Positions 9,250-16,694 of a stretch of DNA of 42,920 nucleotides are shown piece after piece; within the stretch, counting starts at the first letter, position 1; every line of letters starts with the position of its first letter. The notes under the pieces are model-generated. The model made no database searches. It was not told where the DNA came from and saw only the letters and a list, made by a program, of their open reading frames with translations. Location of the stretch: NCBI GenBank assembly GCA_965363675.1, contig CBDTTW010000002.1:1-42920 (forward strand), in the 5' to 3' direction. Source of the stretch: an uncultured Rhodothermaceae bacterium (lineage in GTDB: Bacteria; Bacteroidota; Rhodothermia; Rhodothermales; DASSAV01). The position numbers and the translations under genes are program-made.

Positions 9250-9281
9250 CAAAGATAGGATAACTTGCAACGGAAGTGCAA
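9250..9281 (-). promoter_or_regulatory. Candidate Bacteroidota-type promoter (-33 TTG / -7 TAtcTTTG) upstream of the M23 peptidase gene
   Basis: The minus strand reads TTG(9281-9279)-21 nt-TATCTTTG(9257-9250), matching the Bacteroides -7 consensus TAnnTTTG. This implies a leader of about 200 nt before ATG 9034. Confidence 0.3.
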
Positions 9282-9383
9282 TATTTCTTGCCGCTAAAGG
9301 CAAGAGGGCGCAACCCTGTGTGTTTTTAAGGGCTTCTGCATGAATTCTTCAAACAGTTCCCCTCAGGATGCCCTCGGCGCGCT

Positions 9384-9944
9384 TCAGGGCGCTTCCGGAA
9401 TCCACAGGATTTCCCCGACGCCGGCCTCGACGTTGGCGGCGCGGGCCAGCACGAACAGTAGGTCTGAAAGGCGGTTGAGGTAGATGCGCACCTCGCTGCT
9501 GACGGCTTCCGTAGCGGCCGCCCGCACGGCGGCGCGCTCGGCGCGGCGGCACACCGTGCGGCAGACGTGCAGGGCCGCCGCCGCCGCGCTCCCGCCGGGC
9601 AGCACAAAGTGACGCAGGCGCGGCAGCTTCCCGTCGAAGGCGTCGATGAGCCGTTCCAGCGCCTCGATGTGGGCCTCGCGGATGCGCGGCGGCTCGTAGC
9701 GCGCGCCTTCGGGGGTGGCTAGGTCGCCGCCGAGCACGAACAGTTCCTGCTGCACCTGCTCCAGCACCGGCAGCAAGTCGGGCGTAGCCCCCGAGGCCGT
9801 GATGAGCGCGCGCGCCGCGCCGATCTGCGCGTTCAGCTCGTCCACGGCGCCGTACGCTTCGATGCGGGGGTGGTCTTTCGGGACGACATCGCCGCCGTAG
9901 AGCGAGGTTTCGCCGTGGTCGCCGAAGCGGGTGTAGATGCGCAT
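9384..9944 (-). CDS. pduO: PduO-type ATP:cob(I)alamin adenosyltransferase
   Basis: N-terminus MRIYTRFGDHGETSLYGGDVVPKDHPRIEAYGAVDELNAQIG is the canonical PduO/MMAB-family signature. The 186-aa length is typical. Confidence 0.9.
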   Translation of the reverse strand: MRIYTRFGDHGETSLYGGDVVPKDHPRIEAYGAVDELNAQIGAARALITASGATPDLLPVLEQVQQELFVLGGDLATPEGARYEPPRIREAHIEALERLIDAFDGKLPRLRHFVLPGGSAAAAALHVCRTVCRRAERAAVRAAATEAVSSEVRIYLNRLSDLLFVLARAANVEAGVGEILWIPEAP

Positions 9945-9962
9945 ATGCGAGAGGCCGTGGGG

Positions 9963-10739
9963 TCAGGGGGTGGGCGCAAGATAATGAATGCGCAGCCCGC
10001 CGGTCGGCTCCGCATGCACGCGGGCGCGCATGCGGAATACGTCGGCCAGGAGGTCGGGCGTCAGCACGGCCGCCGGCGCGCCGGCGGCGACCGTGCAGCC
10101 GTCGCGGAGCGCCACCAGATGATCGCAGAAGCGGGCGGCCAGTTCGAGGTCGTGGAACACGCCGACGACGGTGCAGCCGCCGGCGCGCCGCAGCGCCGCG
10201 CGTTCGAGGAAGCGGTGCTGGTGGTGCACGTCGAGGTGCGCGGTGGGCTCGTCGAGCATCAGCAATTCGGCGTCGCGGGCGAGGGCCTGGGCCAGCAGCA
10301 CCCGCTGCAACTCGCCGCCGCTGAGCGCCGTAGCCGAGCGGTCGCGCAGGTGCAGCAAATCCACCTCGGCCAGGGCGTCGAGCGCCCGGCGGCGGTCCTC
10401 GTCGGTGTAGGGCTGCGTCCAGCGCTTGCCGGGCATGCGCCCGAGCAGCACGAGGTCCGTCACGTTGAAATCGAAGTCGAGGGCCGTCGTTTGGCGCACG
10501 AAGGCGGCCTTGCGCGCCCGCTCGCCCGGTTTCCAGGCGCGCACCTCGCGGCCGTCGAGGAGCAGGCTGCCCTCGTAGGGGACGAGGCCGGCCACGGCGC
10601 GCAGCAGGGTTGTCTTGCCGCTGCCGTTCGGGCCTACGAGGCCGTTGAAGGCCCCGCGCCGGAACGCAAACGCGGCCCCGGCCAGCGCGGGCCGCCGCCC
10701 GAGCCGCACGCTCAGGTTATGGGCAACAACATAGTCCAT
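9963..10739 (-). CDS. ABC transporter ATP-binding protein (FepC/FecE/BtuD-like chelate-uptake type)
   Basis: Walker A GPNGSGKTTLL, signature LSGGELQRV, Walker B LLMLDEPTAHLD and an H-loop. It lies immediately upstream of pduO on the same strand. Confidence 0.9.
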   Translation of the reverse strand: MDYVVAHNLSVRLGRRPALAGAAFAFRRGAFNGLVGPNGSGKTTLLRAVAGLVPYEGSLLLDGREVRAWKPGERARKAAFVRQTTALDFDFNVTDLVLLGRMPGKRWTQPYTDEDRRRALDALAEVDLLHLRDRSATALSGGELQRVLLAQALARDAELLMLDEPTAHLDVHHQHRFLERAALRRAGGCTVVGVFHDLELAARFCDHLVALRDGCTVAAGAPAAVLTPDLLADVFRMRARVHAEPTGGLRIHYLAPTP

Positions 10740-10824
10740 GCGTCGTTTCTACGTCGGCGGCCCCGCCGCAAGGGCGGTGACGCAAAGAAATAAGAGGCGT
10801 CGGGTGGCGCCGGGCTAAACTACG

Positions 10825-11304
10825 ATGCAGGAGCAGCGGTTGATGATGCTGACGGCAATGCTGGCCTGCCTAGCGGCGGGCTGCACGACAGAGAAGCGGC
10901 AGGAGGCGTTCTACGAAGAGGCCAACCAACCGCCCGCCGGCATCACCGAGACGGACATCAACGGCCAGGTGCAGAAAACCGACCCCGACGATTGGCGCTC
11001 GGCGCCGATCTACGGCCCCTTCGTCCGCGTGGACCCGGCCTTCCCGAACCCGATTGCCGCCGGCTTCATCACGGTGCCGGTGCTGGTCCGGCAGTCGAAC
11101 GTAGTGCGGCTGGGGCTGGTGCTGCGCGCCGCCGGCCCTAACGGGCGCTTCGTCACGCTCAGCTCGCTGCCGCGCGCCGCCGAGCCGGGGGCCTACGTGT
11201 TCCACTTCAGCGCCGGGCTCATCGGCCGCCGGGGCCTCGTGCGCCTGTACGTCTTCGACGGCACGAACGAGATCGTCTCCTACGGCGACGTGATGCTTCA
11301 ATAA
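10825..11304 (+). CDS. Hypothetical lipoprotein with a C-terminal Ig-like (FlgD/T9SS-CTD-like) beta domain
   Basis: Lipobox LAAGC near the N-terminus. The C-terminal pattern AFPNPIAAG...GAYVFHF...LYVFDGTNEIVSYGDV resembles FlgD-Ig/CTD folds. Confidence 0.65.
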   Translation: MQEQRLMMLTAMLACLAAGCTTEKRQEAFYEEANQPPAGITETDINGQVQKTDPDDWRSAPIYGPFVRVDPAFPNPIAAGFITVPVLVRQSNVVRLGLVLRAAGPNGRFVTLSSLPRAAEPGAYVFHFSAGLIGRRGLVRLYVFDGTNEIVSYGDVMLQ

Positions 11305-11305
11305 A

Positions 11306-11339
11306 AAAGGCGCGCAGCCCACGGGGGGCGCGCGCCTTT
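11306..11339. terminator. Bidirectional intrinsic terminator between convergent genes
   Basis: Perfect 10-bp stem aaaggcgcgc(11306-11315)/gcgcgccttt(11330-11339), flanked by an A-run on one side and T's on the other. It sits between stops at 11304 (+) and 11362 (-). Confidence 0.7.
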
Positions 11340-11361
11340 CAGGGAAAGCGGCGCAGCGGCG

Positions 11362-11739
11362 CTACTTGAGCAAGGTCACCTGCCGGGCCGTGGCGAAGCG
11401 CTCGCCTTGCACGCGGTAGATGTAGATGCCCGTCGGCAGCTCGCCTGCGTCGAAGGTAAACGTGCGGGTTTCGTTGTTATCCATCACGCCCTGGAACAGC
11501 CGCTTCACGGGCTGCCCGAGCATGTTGTAAATATCGACGCGCACTTCCTGACGCTGGGTGACGCTCAGCCGGAACGTGGTCGTCGGGTTGAACGGGTTCG
11601 GCGAGGCGGCCGAGAGCACGTAGGCCTCGGGCTTCTTCGGCTCGGCGGCCGGTTTGTGCCCCTCTTGCGCCTGGGCGGGAACGCTCAGGCACAACGCGAG
11701 GAACAACAGGTAGGTAAAGCGTCGTAAGGTGTGTTTCAT
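11362..11739 (-). CDS. T9SS type-A sorting-domain protein (125 aa: signal peptide + short linker + CTD only)
   Basis: Signal peptide ...LCLSVPAQAQ. CTD hallmarks SPNPFNPTTTFRLSV...VRVDIYNMLGQPVKRLF...LPTGIYIYRVQGERFATARQVTLLK. Confidence 0.8.
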   Translation of the reverse strand: MKHTLRRFTYLLFLALCLSVPAQAQEGHKPAAEPKKPEAYVLSAASPNPFNPTTTFRLSVTQRQEVRVDIYNMLGQPVKRLFQGVMDNNETRTFTFDAGELPTGIYIYRVQGERFATARQVTLLK

Positions 11740-12002
11740 CTATATTCGGCGGGTTGGTACGGCTTCAGCCGTAACCCGACTAGTTTAAGCATCGTGGACG
11801 AGATACACAATTATTAAGGTTAGCCGGGACGAATGTTTCGGATGAATTAATACACCACCCGTTACGTTACGTCTGCATGAAACAACAAAGGCGCCGGAGT
11901 CGATGAATTCACACGGTTCCTTGGTTAATTCTTGCGGCGCCCCGGTCCTCTAAGAGCTTAACGCATGAAACCCGCCGTTCGTGTACGCGGATTTGCCCTG
12001 AC

Positions 12003-12749
12003 ATGACCTGCGCCCTCACCCCCGACCTGCGCGCGCGCTCCGAGGCGAGCGAGTGGATGGACGACCTCTCGATTACGGACGAGCGGCTCGCCGACGCGCT
12101 GGAGGAACTGCGCCTCGTAAACCGCTGGCTCGGAGGGTACCGCGGTACGCTCGCATGCCTGGAGCCTCTGTTGCGCCGCGAAGGCGCCCGCCGCACGGTG
12201 CGCGTGCTGGACGTAGGCACGGGCGGCGCCGATCTGCCCGAGGCCATCGTCCGCTGGGCAAGCCGCCGGGGGCTGCGCGTGGAGGTGTGCGCCACCGACC
12301 TGAACGGGGCCACGCTCGCGCACGCCGGGGCGATCCTGAAGCGTACGCTCGCGCCGGAACTGCGGCGGCGCATTACGCTTGAACAAGCCGACGCCCTCGC
12401 GCTGCCCTACGCCGACGGCGCGTTCGATGTGGTCACGGCGTCGCTGTTCATGCACCACCTCCGCGAGCCGGAGTGCGTACGGCTGCTGCAAGAGATGCAG
12501 CGGGTAGGCCGCTTCGGGCTCGTCGTCAACGATTTGCACCGGCATGCGCTCGCCTACCATGCCATTCGGAGCCTGGCGCTGCTGCTGCGGGCCTCGTCGA
12601 TGTTTCGGCACGACGCGCCGGTATCCGTGGCGCGGGGCTTCCGGCGCGGCGAGCTGCAACGCATGGCCGAGGCGGCCGGGCTCGCGGCCTACCGGCTGCG
12701 CCGGCGCTGGGCTTTCCGGTGGGTGCTCTCGACGACGCCGGTTGCTTAA
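12003..12749 (+). CDS. Class I SAM-dependent methyltransferase
   Basis: Motif I VLDVGTGGADL and post-II LPYADGAFDVVTASLFMHHL. 248 aa. Confidence 0.85.
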   Translation: MTCALTPDLRARSEASEWMDDLSITDERLADALEELRLVNRWLGGYRGTLACLEPLLRREGARRTVRVLDVGTGGADLPEAIVRWASRRGLRVEVCATDLNGATLAHAGAILKRTLAPELRRRITLEQADALALPYADGAFDVVTASLFMHHLREPECVRLLQEMQRVGRFGLVVNDLHRHALAYHAIRSLALLLRASSMFRHDAPVSVARGFRRGELQRMAEAAGLAAYRLRRRWAFRWVLSTTPVA

Positions 12750-12769
12750 ACCCTTTGTGAGGAATTGAC

Positions 12770-13885
12770 ATGCTGGATGCGCTCGTCATCGGCGGGGGGC
12801 TGGCCGGCAGCGCCGCGGCTATCAGCCTCGCGCAGCAAGGCTTGCAGGTGCGCCTGCTGGAAAAAAAGGACTACCCGACGCGCAAGCTGTGCGGCGAGTT
12901 TCTGTCGGTGGAAGTCGGGCGAACCCTGGAGACGCTGGGCTGCCTGGAGGCCGTCCGCAAGGCGGGGGCCAACGCCGTCACGCGCTACTGCATCACGGCC
13001 CCCGACGGCCGCAGCCACAGCGGACCCCTGCCCGGTGTGGCGCTCGGCTTCAGCCGCGACAAGCTCGACGCGCTCCTGGCCGCGCGCGCGCGCAGCGTCG
13101 GGGTGGACGTGCGGACGCGCGCCGCTGCCCGCGCGGTCGAGGGCGGCCTCGGCGAAGGGTTCCGCGTGACGACGGGCGCGGGCGAGACGGTGGAAGCGCG
13201 CGTGGTGGTGGGCGCCTACGGCCGCCGCGACGCGCTGGACCGCAAGCTCGGGCGGCGTTTCCTCGCGGCCGACGAACCGCTCGTGGCGTTCAAGGGGCAT
13301 TTCCACGGCCCCGGCACGGCCGACGTGATCGAGACGCACGCCTTTCCGGGAGGCTACTGCGGCCTGGTCGAGGTGGAGGGCGGCGCCGTCAACGCGTGCT
13401 GGATCGCGCACCGCGACGCCCTGCGCGCCTCGGGCGGCAGCGCCGAAGGCATGCTCCGGGGGGCGCTCTCGCAAAACCCGCTGCTCAAGCGCCGCCTCGA
13501 CGCGCTCGAACCGGCCTGGGGCGAGTTCGTGGCCGTCAGCCAGGTGGGGCTGCGCCCTCGCGAGCAGTTCGTCCGCGATGTGTGCCTCGTCGGGGATGCG
13601 GCGGGCATGATCGCGCCCCTCTGCGGCGACGGCATGGCGATGGCGCTGCACGCGGGCATGCTCGCGGCGGCGCACCTGGGCCGCTACCTCGCAGGCGAGG
13701 CGACGGCGGAGCGCCTGCGCAGCGGCTATGCGGCGGCGTGGCGGCGGCAGTTCCGCACGCGGCTGGCGCTCGGGCGGCTGTTGCACTGGGGCTACGTGCA
13801 GCCCCGCGTGGCCGCCGCCGCCGTGGCGGCTTTCCGCGCCGCGCCGCCCCTGGCCGACTGGGTGGTGCGCCGTACCCGGGGCTGA
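12770..13885 (+). CDS. FAD-dependent oxidoreductase (geranylgeranyl-reductase-like flavoprotein family)
   Basis: N-terminal dinucleotide fold DALVIGGGLAGSAAAISLAQQGLQVRLLEKK, then KLCGEFLS and the GD motif LVGDAAGMIAPLCGDGMAMAL. Confidence 0.85.
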   Translation: MLDALVIGGGLAGSAAAISLAQQGLQVRLLEKKDYPTRKLCGEFLSVEVGRTLETLGCLEAVRKAGANAVTRYCITAPDGRSHSGPLPGVALGFSRDKLDALLAARARSVGVDVRTRAAARAVEGGLGEGFRVTTGAGETVEARVVVGAYGRRDALDRKLGRRFLAADEPLVAFKGHFHGPGTADVIETHAFPGGYCGLVEVEGGAVNACWIAHRDALRASGGSAEGMLRGALSQNPLLKRRLDALEPAWGEFVAVSQVGLRPREQFVRDVCLVGDAAGMIAPLCGDGMAMALHAGMLAAAHLGRYLAGEATAERLRSGYAAAWRRQFRTRLALGRLLHWGYVQPRVAAAAVAAFRAAPPLADWVVRRTRG

Positions 13886-14010
13886 GCCGGCGGCGCAGCC
13901 GGCTTGCGCCCAAAGAGGACGCAAGCATTACACGCCGGTTGCGCTTCCGGGGGGGCGGGAGTGCTAAGTTTTGTTTCCCCGGCTGCTCCTCCCGAAACGC
14001 TTCCCCGCCC

Positions 14011-14823
14011 ATGCTTGCTGCTGCGCCCCACGGACGGCTTTTCGCCTTGCTGCTCCTGGCGCTCGGCTGGGCCGCCGCGCCGGGCAGCGCACGGGCGCAA
14101 CCCGCCGAGGAGCCCGCCCGGCGGCGCTTTGCCGCGTGGGCCGTCGGCGACGCCGTGGCCCTGGGCGCGGGCATCGAGGCCTCGGATGCCCTCCGGCTCG
14201 GCGGGGCGGTAGGCGTGCTCGCCCTCGTCGGCTTTCAGGATGCCGAAGTGTTCACCGAGGCGCGCCGCCTCTACACGCGGGGCGCTCGCCGCCCCATTCG
14301 CATCGTCGAGGAACTGGGCAATGCGCGCGTCGTCCGGCCCGCCGCCGCCATGGTCCTGGTCGGGGCGCTGGCCTCGCGCGACGCCCGGCTTCAGGACGCC
14401 GCGTTTACGTCGCTGCAAGCAGTCGTGTACGCCAATACCGTCACCAACGCGCTCAAGAGCGTCAGCGGCCGTGCACGCCCGTATCAGGCGCGGGGCCCGG
14501 ACCGCTTCGCGCCGTTTTCCGGCAATACGTCTTTCCCCTCCGGGCACGCCACGACGGTGTTTGCGCTGGCCGCGCCGTGGTTCGCCTATTACCCCGGCCC
14601 GGCGACGGGCGGGTTGCTGGCCGTCGCTTCGGCCACGGCGTTCTCGCGCGTCGTAACCGAGCGGCACTGGGCCAGCGACGTAGCGGCGGGCGCGGCCATC
14701 GGCGGGGGCATGGGCCTGTGGCTCGCCCGGCGGCACCAACGCCGGCCCTCCGAGGCGCCGCGCGTACAGCCTTACGCCGACGGCTCGAACGTGGGCGTCA
14801 CGATTCAGCTCGGCGCGCCTTAA
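14011..14823 (+). CDS. PAP2-family (acid phosphatase/lipid phosphate phosphatase) membrane protein
   Basis: The internal start MLAAAPHGRLFALLLLALGWAAAPGSARA gives a signal/TM segment; the upstream part of ORF 12889..14823 is Arg-rich out-of-frame junk over the previous gene. PAP2 motifs KSVSGRARP, PSGH and SRVVTERHWASD are present. Confidence 0.85.
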   Translation: MLAAAPHGRLFALLLLALGWAAAPGSARAQPAEEPARRRFAAWAVGDAVALGAGIEASDALRLGGAVGVLALVGFQDAEVFTEARRLYTRGARRPIRIVEELGNARVVRPAAAMVLVGALASRDARLQDAAFTSLQAVVYANTVTNALKSVSGRARPYQARGPDRFAPFSGNTSFPSGHATTVFALAAPWFAYYPGPATGGLLAVASATAFSRVVTERHWASDVAAGAAIGGGMGLWLARRHQRRPSEAPRVQPYADGSNVGVTIQLGAP

Positions 14824-15620
14824 CTGCGGCGGCTCTCAGGGCGCTGCACGGTGACATGGTAGACGGGCTGGCGCTGCTCGTAGATCGCCATGAGCAGCCC
14901 CTCGCGCTGCATCTCCAGGAGCGTGCGCCCGAGCACCGCCCCGAGCCGCGACGGGTAGTCCTCGCCGAGGCGGCGGTAAGCGCCTCGCAGCGACTGCTCG
15001 CGCAGGGAGACGGCGGGCCACGTGGGCGGCGCCCCCGGCGCGCAGTCGAAGCGGCGCGTGTGCAGATCCACGGTCGCGCCGTAGGTGTGCGATGAGGTCG
15101 CGGCGGCGTTGCCGTTGACCCGGCGCAGGCGGCGCTGATCCTCCAGGGTGCGCATCGCCGAGGTGACGACGAAAGCGCACGGCGGCAGCCCCTCGGCCGC
15201 CAGGGCCTGCCGGAAGCGGCTGCCGACGAGGGCGAGCATGGTATGCGTTTCCGGCAGCACCACCGGCGCCCCGTACCGCATCGGCTGGACTGTGTACAGC
15301 GGCGTCTCGGAGAGCGGCCGCAGGCGTCCGGCGGCTACGAGCGTATCCACGTCGGCGCGCGTCGGCGCCGGCTCCTGCCCGAGGTGCGCCGCCTCGCGGA
15401 GATGGGCGGCGTTGCGGTAGGTCCGCAGGCCCCGCACCTCCTCCTGCGAGAGCAGCGCAATGCCGGCCGCGCGCTGCGCGATCTGCTGCGCGAGGCGCGC
15501 GGCCTCCTGCCGCCGGGCCTCGCGCTGCTGCTCGGACCACTGCGCCCCCCGGAGCGCGAGGAGCGCCAAGGCAAAGATGAGTAGGGCAGGGTAGAGGCGT
15601 CGGAGGGCGATCAGGGGCAT
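14820..15620 (-). CDS. LAS/M15-like zinc peptidase-fold protein (DUF5715-like), membrane-anchored
   Basis: N-terminal anchor. SxHxxGxAxD motif (SSHTYGATVDL) and a distal His (PVYHVTV), as in VanY/M15-type DD- or LD-peptidases. Confidence 0.65.
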   Translation of the reverse strand: MPLIALRRLYPALLIFALALLALRGAQWSEQQREARRQEAARLAQQIAQRAAGIALLSQEEVRGLRTYRNAAHLREAAHLGQEPAPTRADVDTLVAAGRLRPLSETPLYTVQPMRYGAPVVLPETHTMLALVGSRFRQALAAEGLPPCAFVVTSAMRTLEDQRRLRRVNGNAAATSSHTYGATVDLHTRRFDCAPGAPPTWPAVSLREQSLRGAYRRLGEDYPSRLGAVLGRTLLEMQREGLLMAIYEQRQPVYHVTVQRPESRRS

Positions 15621-15726
15621 GTATATTTTGGATTATATATTTGTTATACCAAAACATACGCCATGCTGATCCCGGGGGCTCATGCAATTCCGTCGAAGAA
15701 CCGGGCGGCGCTGCCGCCGCGCGGGA

Positions 15727-16614
15727 CTACCGCAGGGCGGCGCGCCGGATGCGGTCCAGCAGGGCCACGCCTACGCCCGTTTCCGGCGGGGCCTGGCAGT
15801 AGATGCGCCGCGCGCCCCGCCGGTCGCTCTCGCGGAAGAAGGCAAACAGCTCGTAGCTGTACGCGGCGGCGTCCTCGGCGACGCACGTCAGCAGAAACGC
15901 CGCGCCCGGCGGAGGGGGGGTAAGGCCGATGTAGGCGGCGTACGGGGCGTCGGCGGCGGCCTCGTCGGGGCGCTCCACCACGTGGACCGTTGCGGTGGGC
16001 GCGTAGTGGCGGTGGCGCGTGCCGGGGCTGCGGGCCAGCAGGGCCTCGCCGGGAGCCGCCGCGTGGGCTTCCGGCGCCACCCGGCGCAGCATTTCGAGCG
16101 TGATGCTGCCGCTGCGCAGCACTACGGGCGCCGCCCCCGTGCAATCGACGACGGTGCTTTCGAGGCCGTAGCGCGAGCGCTCGCTTTGCAGGATGCAGCC
16201 GATGCGTCCCTCCAGGTCCTCCCGGACGGCTTGCCACGAGGTCGGGCTGGGCCGGCCGGAGCGGTTGGCCGAGGGGGCCGCTACGGGCGTGCGGCACGCC
16301 GCCAGAAACGCCTGCGCCGTGGCGTCGGCAGGCATGCGCACGCCCACGGTCTCCAGCCCCGCCGAAACGGCCGCCGGAAGCCGGGGGCTTCGGGGCAGCA
16401 CGAGCGTCAGCGGGCCGGGAAAAAACGCCTCGATGAGCCGCCGGGCATGCGGCGGCGTCTCGGCGGCCACCCCTCCGACGGCCTCGACCGACGCCACATG
16501 CACGATGAGGGGGTTGTCGGAGGGGCGGCCTTTCGCGCGGTAGATGCCCGCAATCGCGGCGGCGTTGAAGGCGTCGGCGCCGAGGCCGTAGACGGTCTCG
16601 GTGGGGAACGCCAC
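15727..16614 (-). CDS. tsaC: L-threonylcarbamoyladenylate synthase (Sua5/TsaC, YrdC domain plus Sua5 C-terminal domain); the true N-terminus probably lies upstream, up to about 16698
   Basis: AFPTETVYGLGADAF...YRAKGRPSDNPLIVHV is the YrdC/Sua5 signature. The track start is a GTG at 16614, but conserved sequence (IEAAAACLRAGGLV) continues upstream in frame. See findings. Confidence 0.9.
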   Translation of the reverse strand: MAFPTETVYGLGADAFNAAAIAGIYRAKGRPSDNPLIVHVASVEAVGGVAAETPPHARRLIEAFFPGPLTLVLPRSPRLPAAVSAGLETVGVRMPADATAQAFLAACRTPVAAPSANRSGRPSPTSWQAVREDLEGRIGCILQSERSRYGLESTVVDCTGAAPVVLRSGSITLEMLRRVAPEAHAAAPGEALLARSPGTRHRHYAPTATVHVVERPDEAAADAPYAAYIGLTPPPPGAAFLLTCVAEDAAAYSYELFAFFRESDRRGARRIYCQAPPETGVGVALLDRIRRAALR

Positions 16615-16694
16615 GAGGCCCCCGGCGCGCAGGCAGGCGGCGGCGGCTTCGATGTCGGTGGTCAGGAGCGTTTCCAGCGGGGGGCCTCGGGTCG

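Noticed and set aside
10740-10824. Possible cobalamin riboswitch upstream of the ABC-ATPase/pduO unit
   Set aside because: The interval is only 85 nt, has no B12-box-like sequence, and is too short for the riboswitch aptamer.
11841-11971. Short direct repeats in the AT-rich 11740-12002 spacer: GATGAATT at 11841 and 11902, GCATGAAAC at 11875 and 11963
   Set aside because: 8-9-mers recurring once within about 260 nt of AT-rich DNA are within chance expectation. There is no regular spacing or dyad symmetry.
12889-14010. Upstream 374 codons of the 644-aa ORF 12889..14823
   Set aside because: It is an out-of-frame read-through of the flavoprotein gene with an Arg/Gly/Pro-rich product. The PAP2 protein starts at the internal Met with its signal/TM segment (14011).
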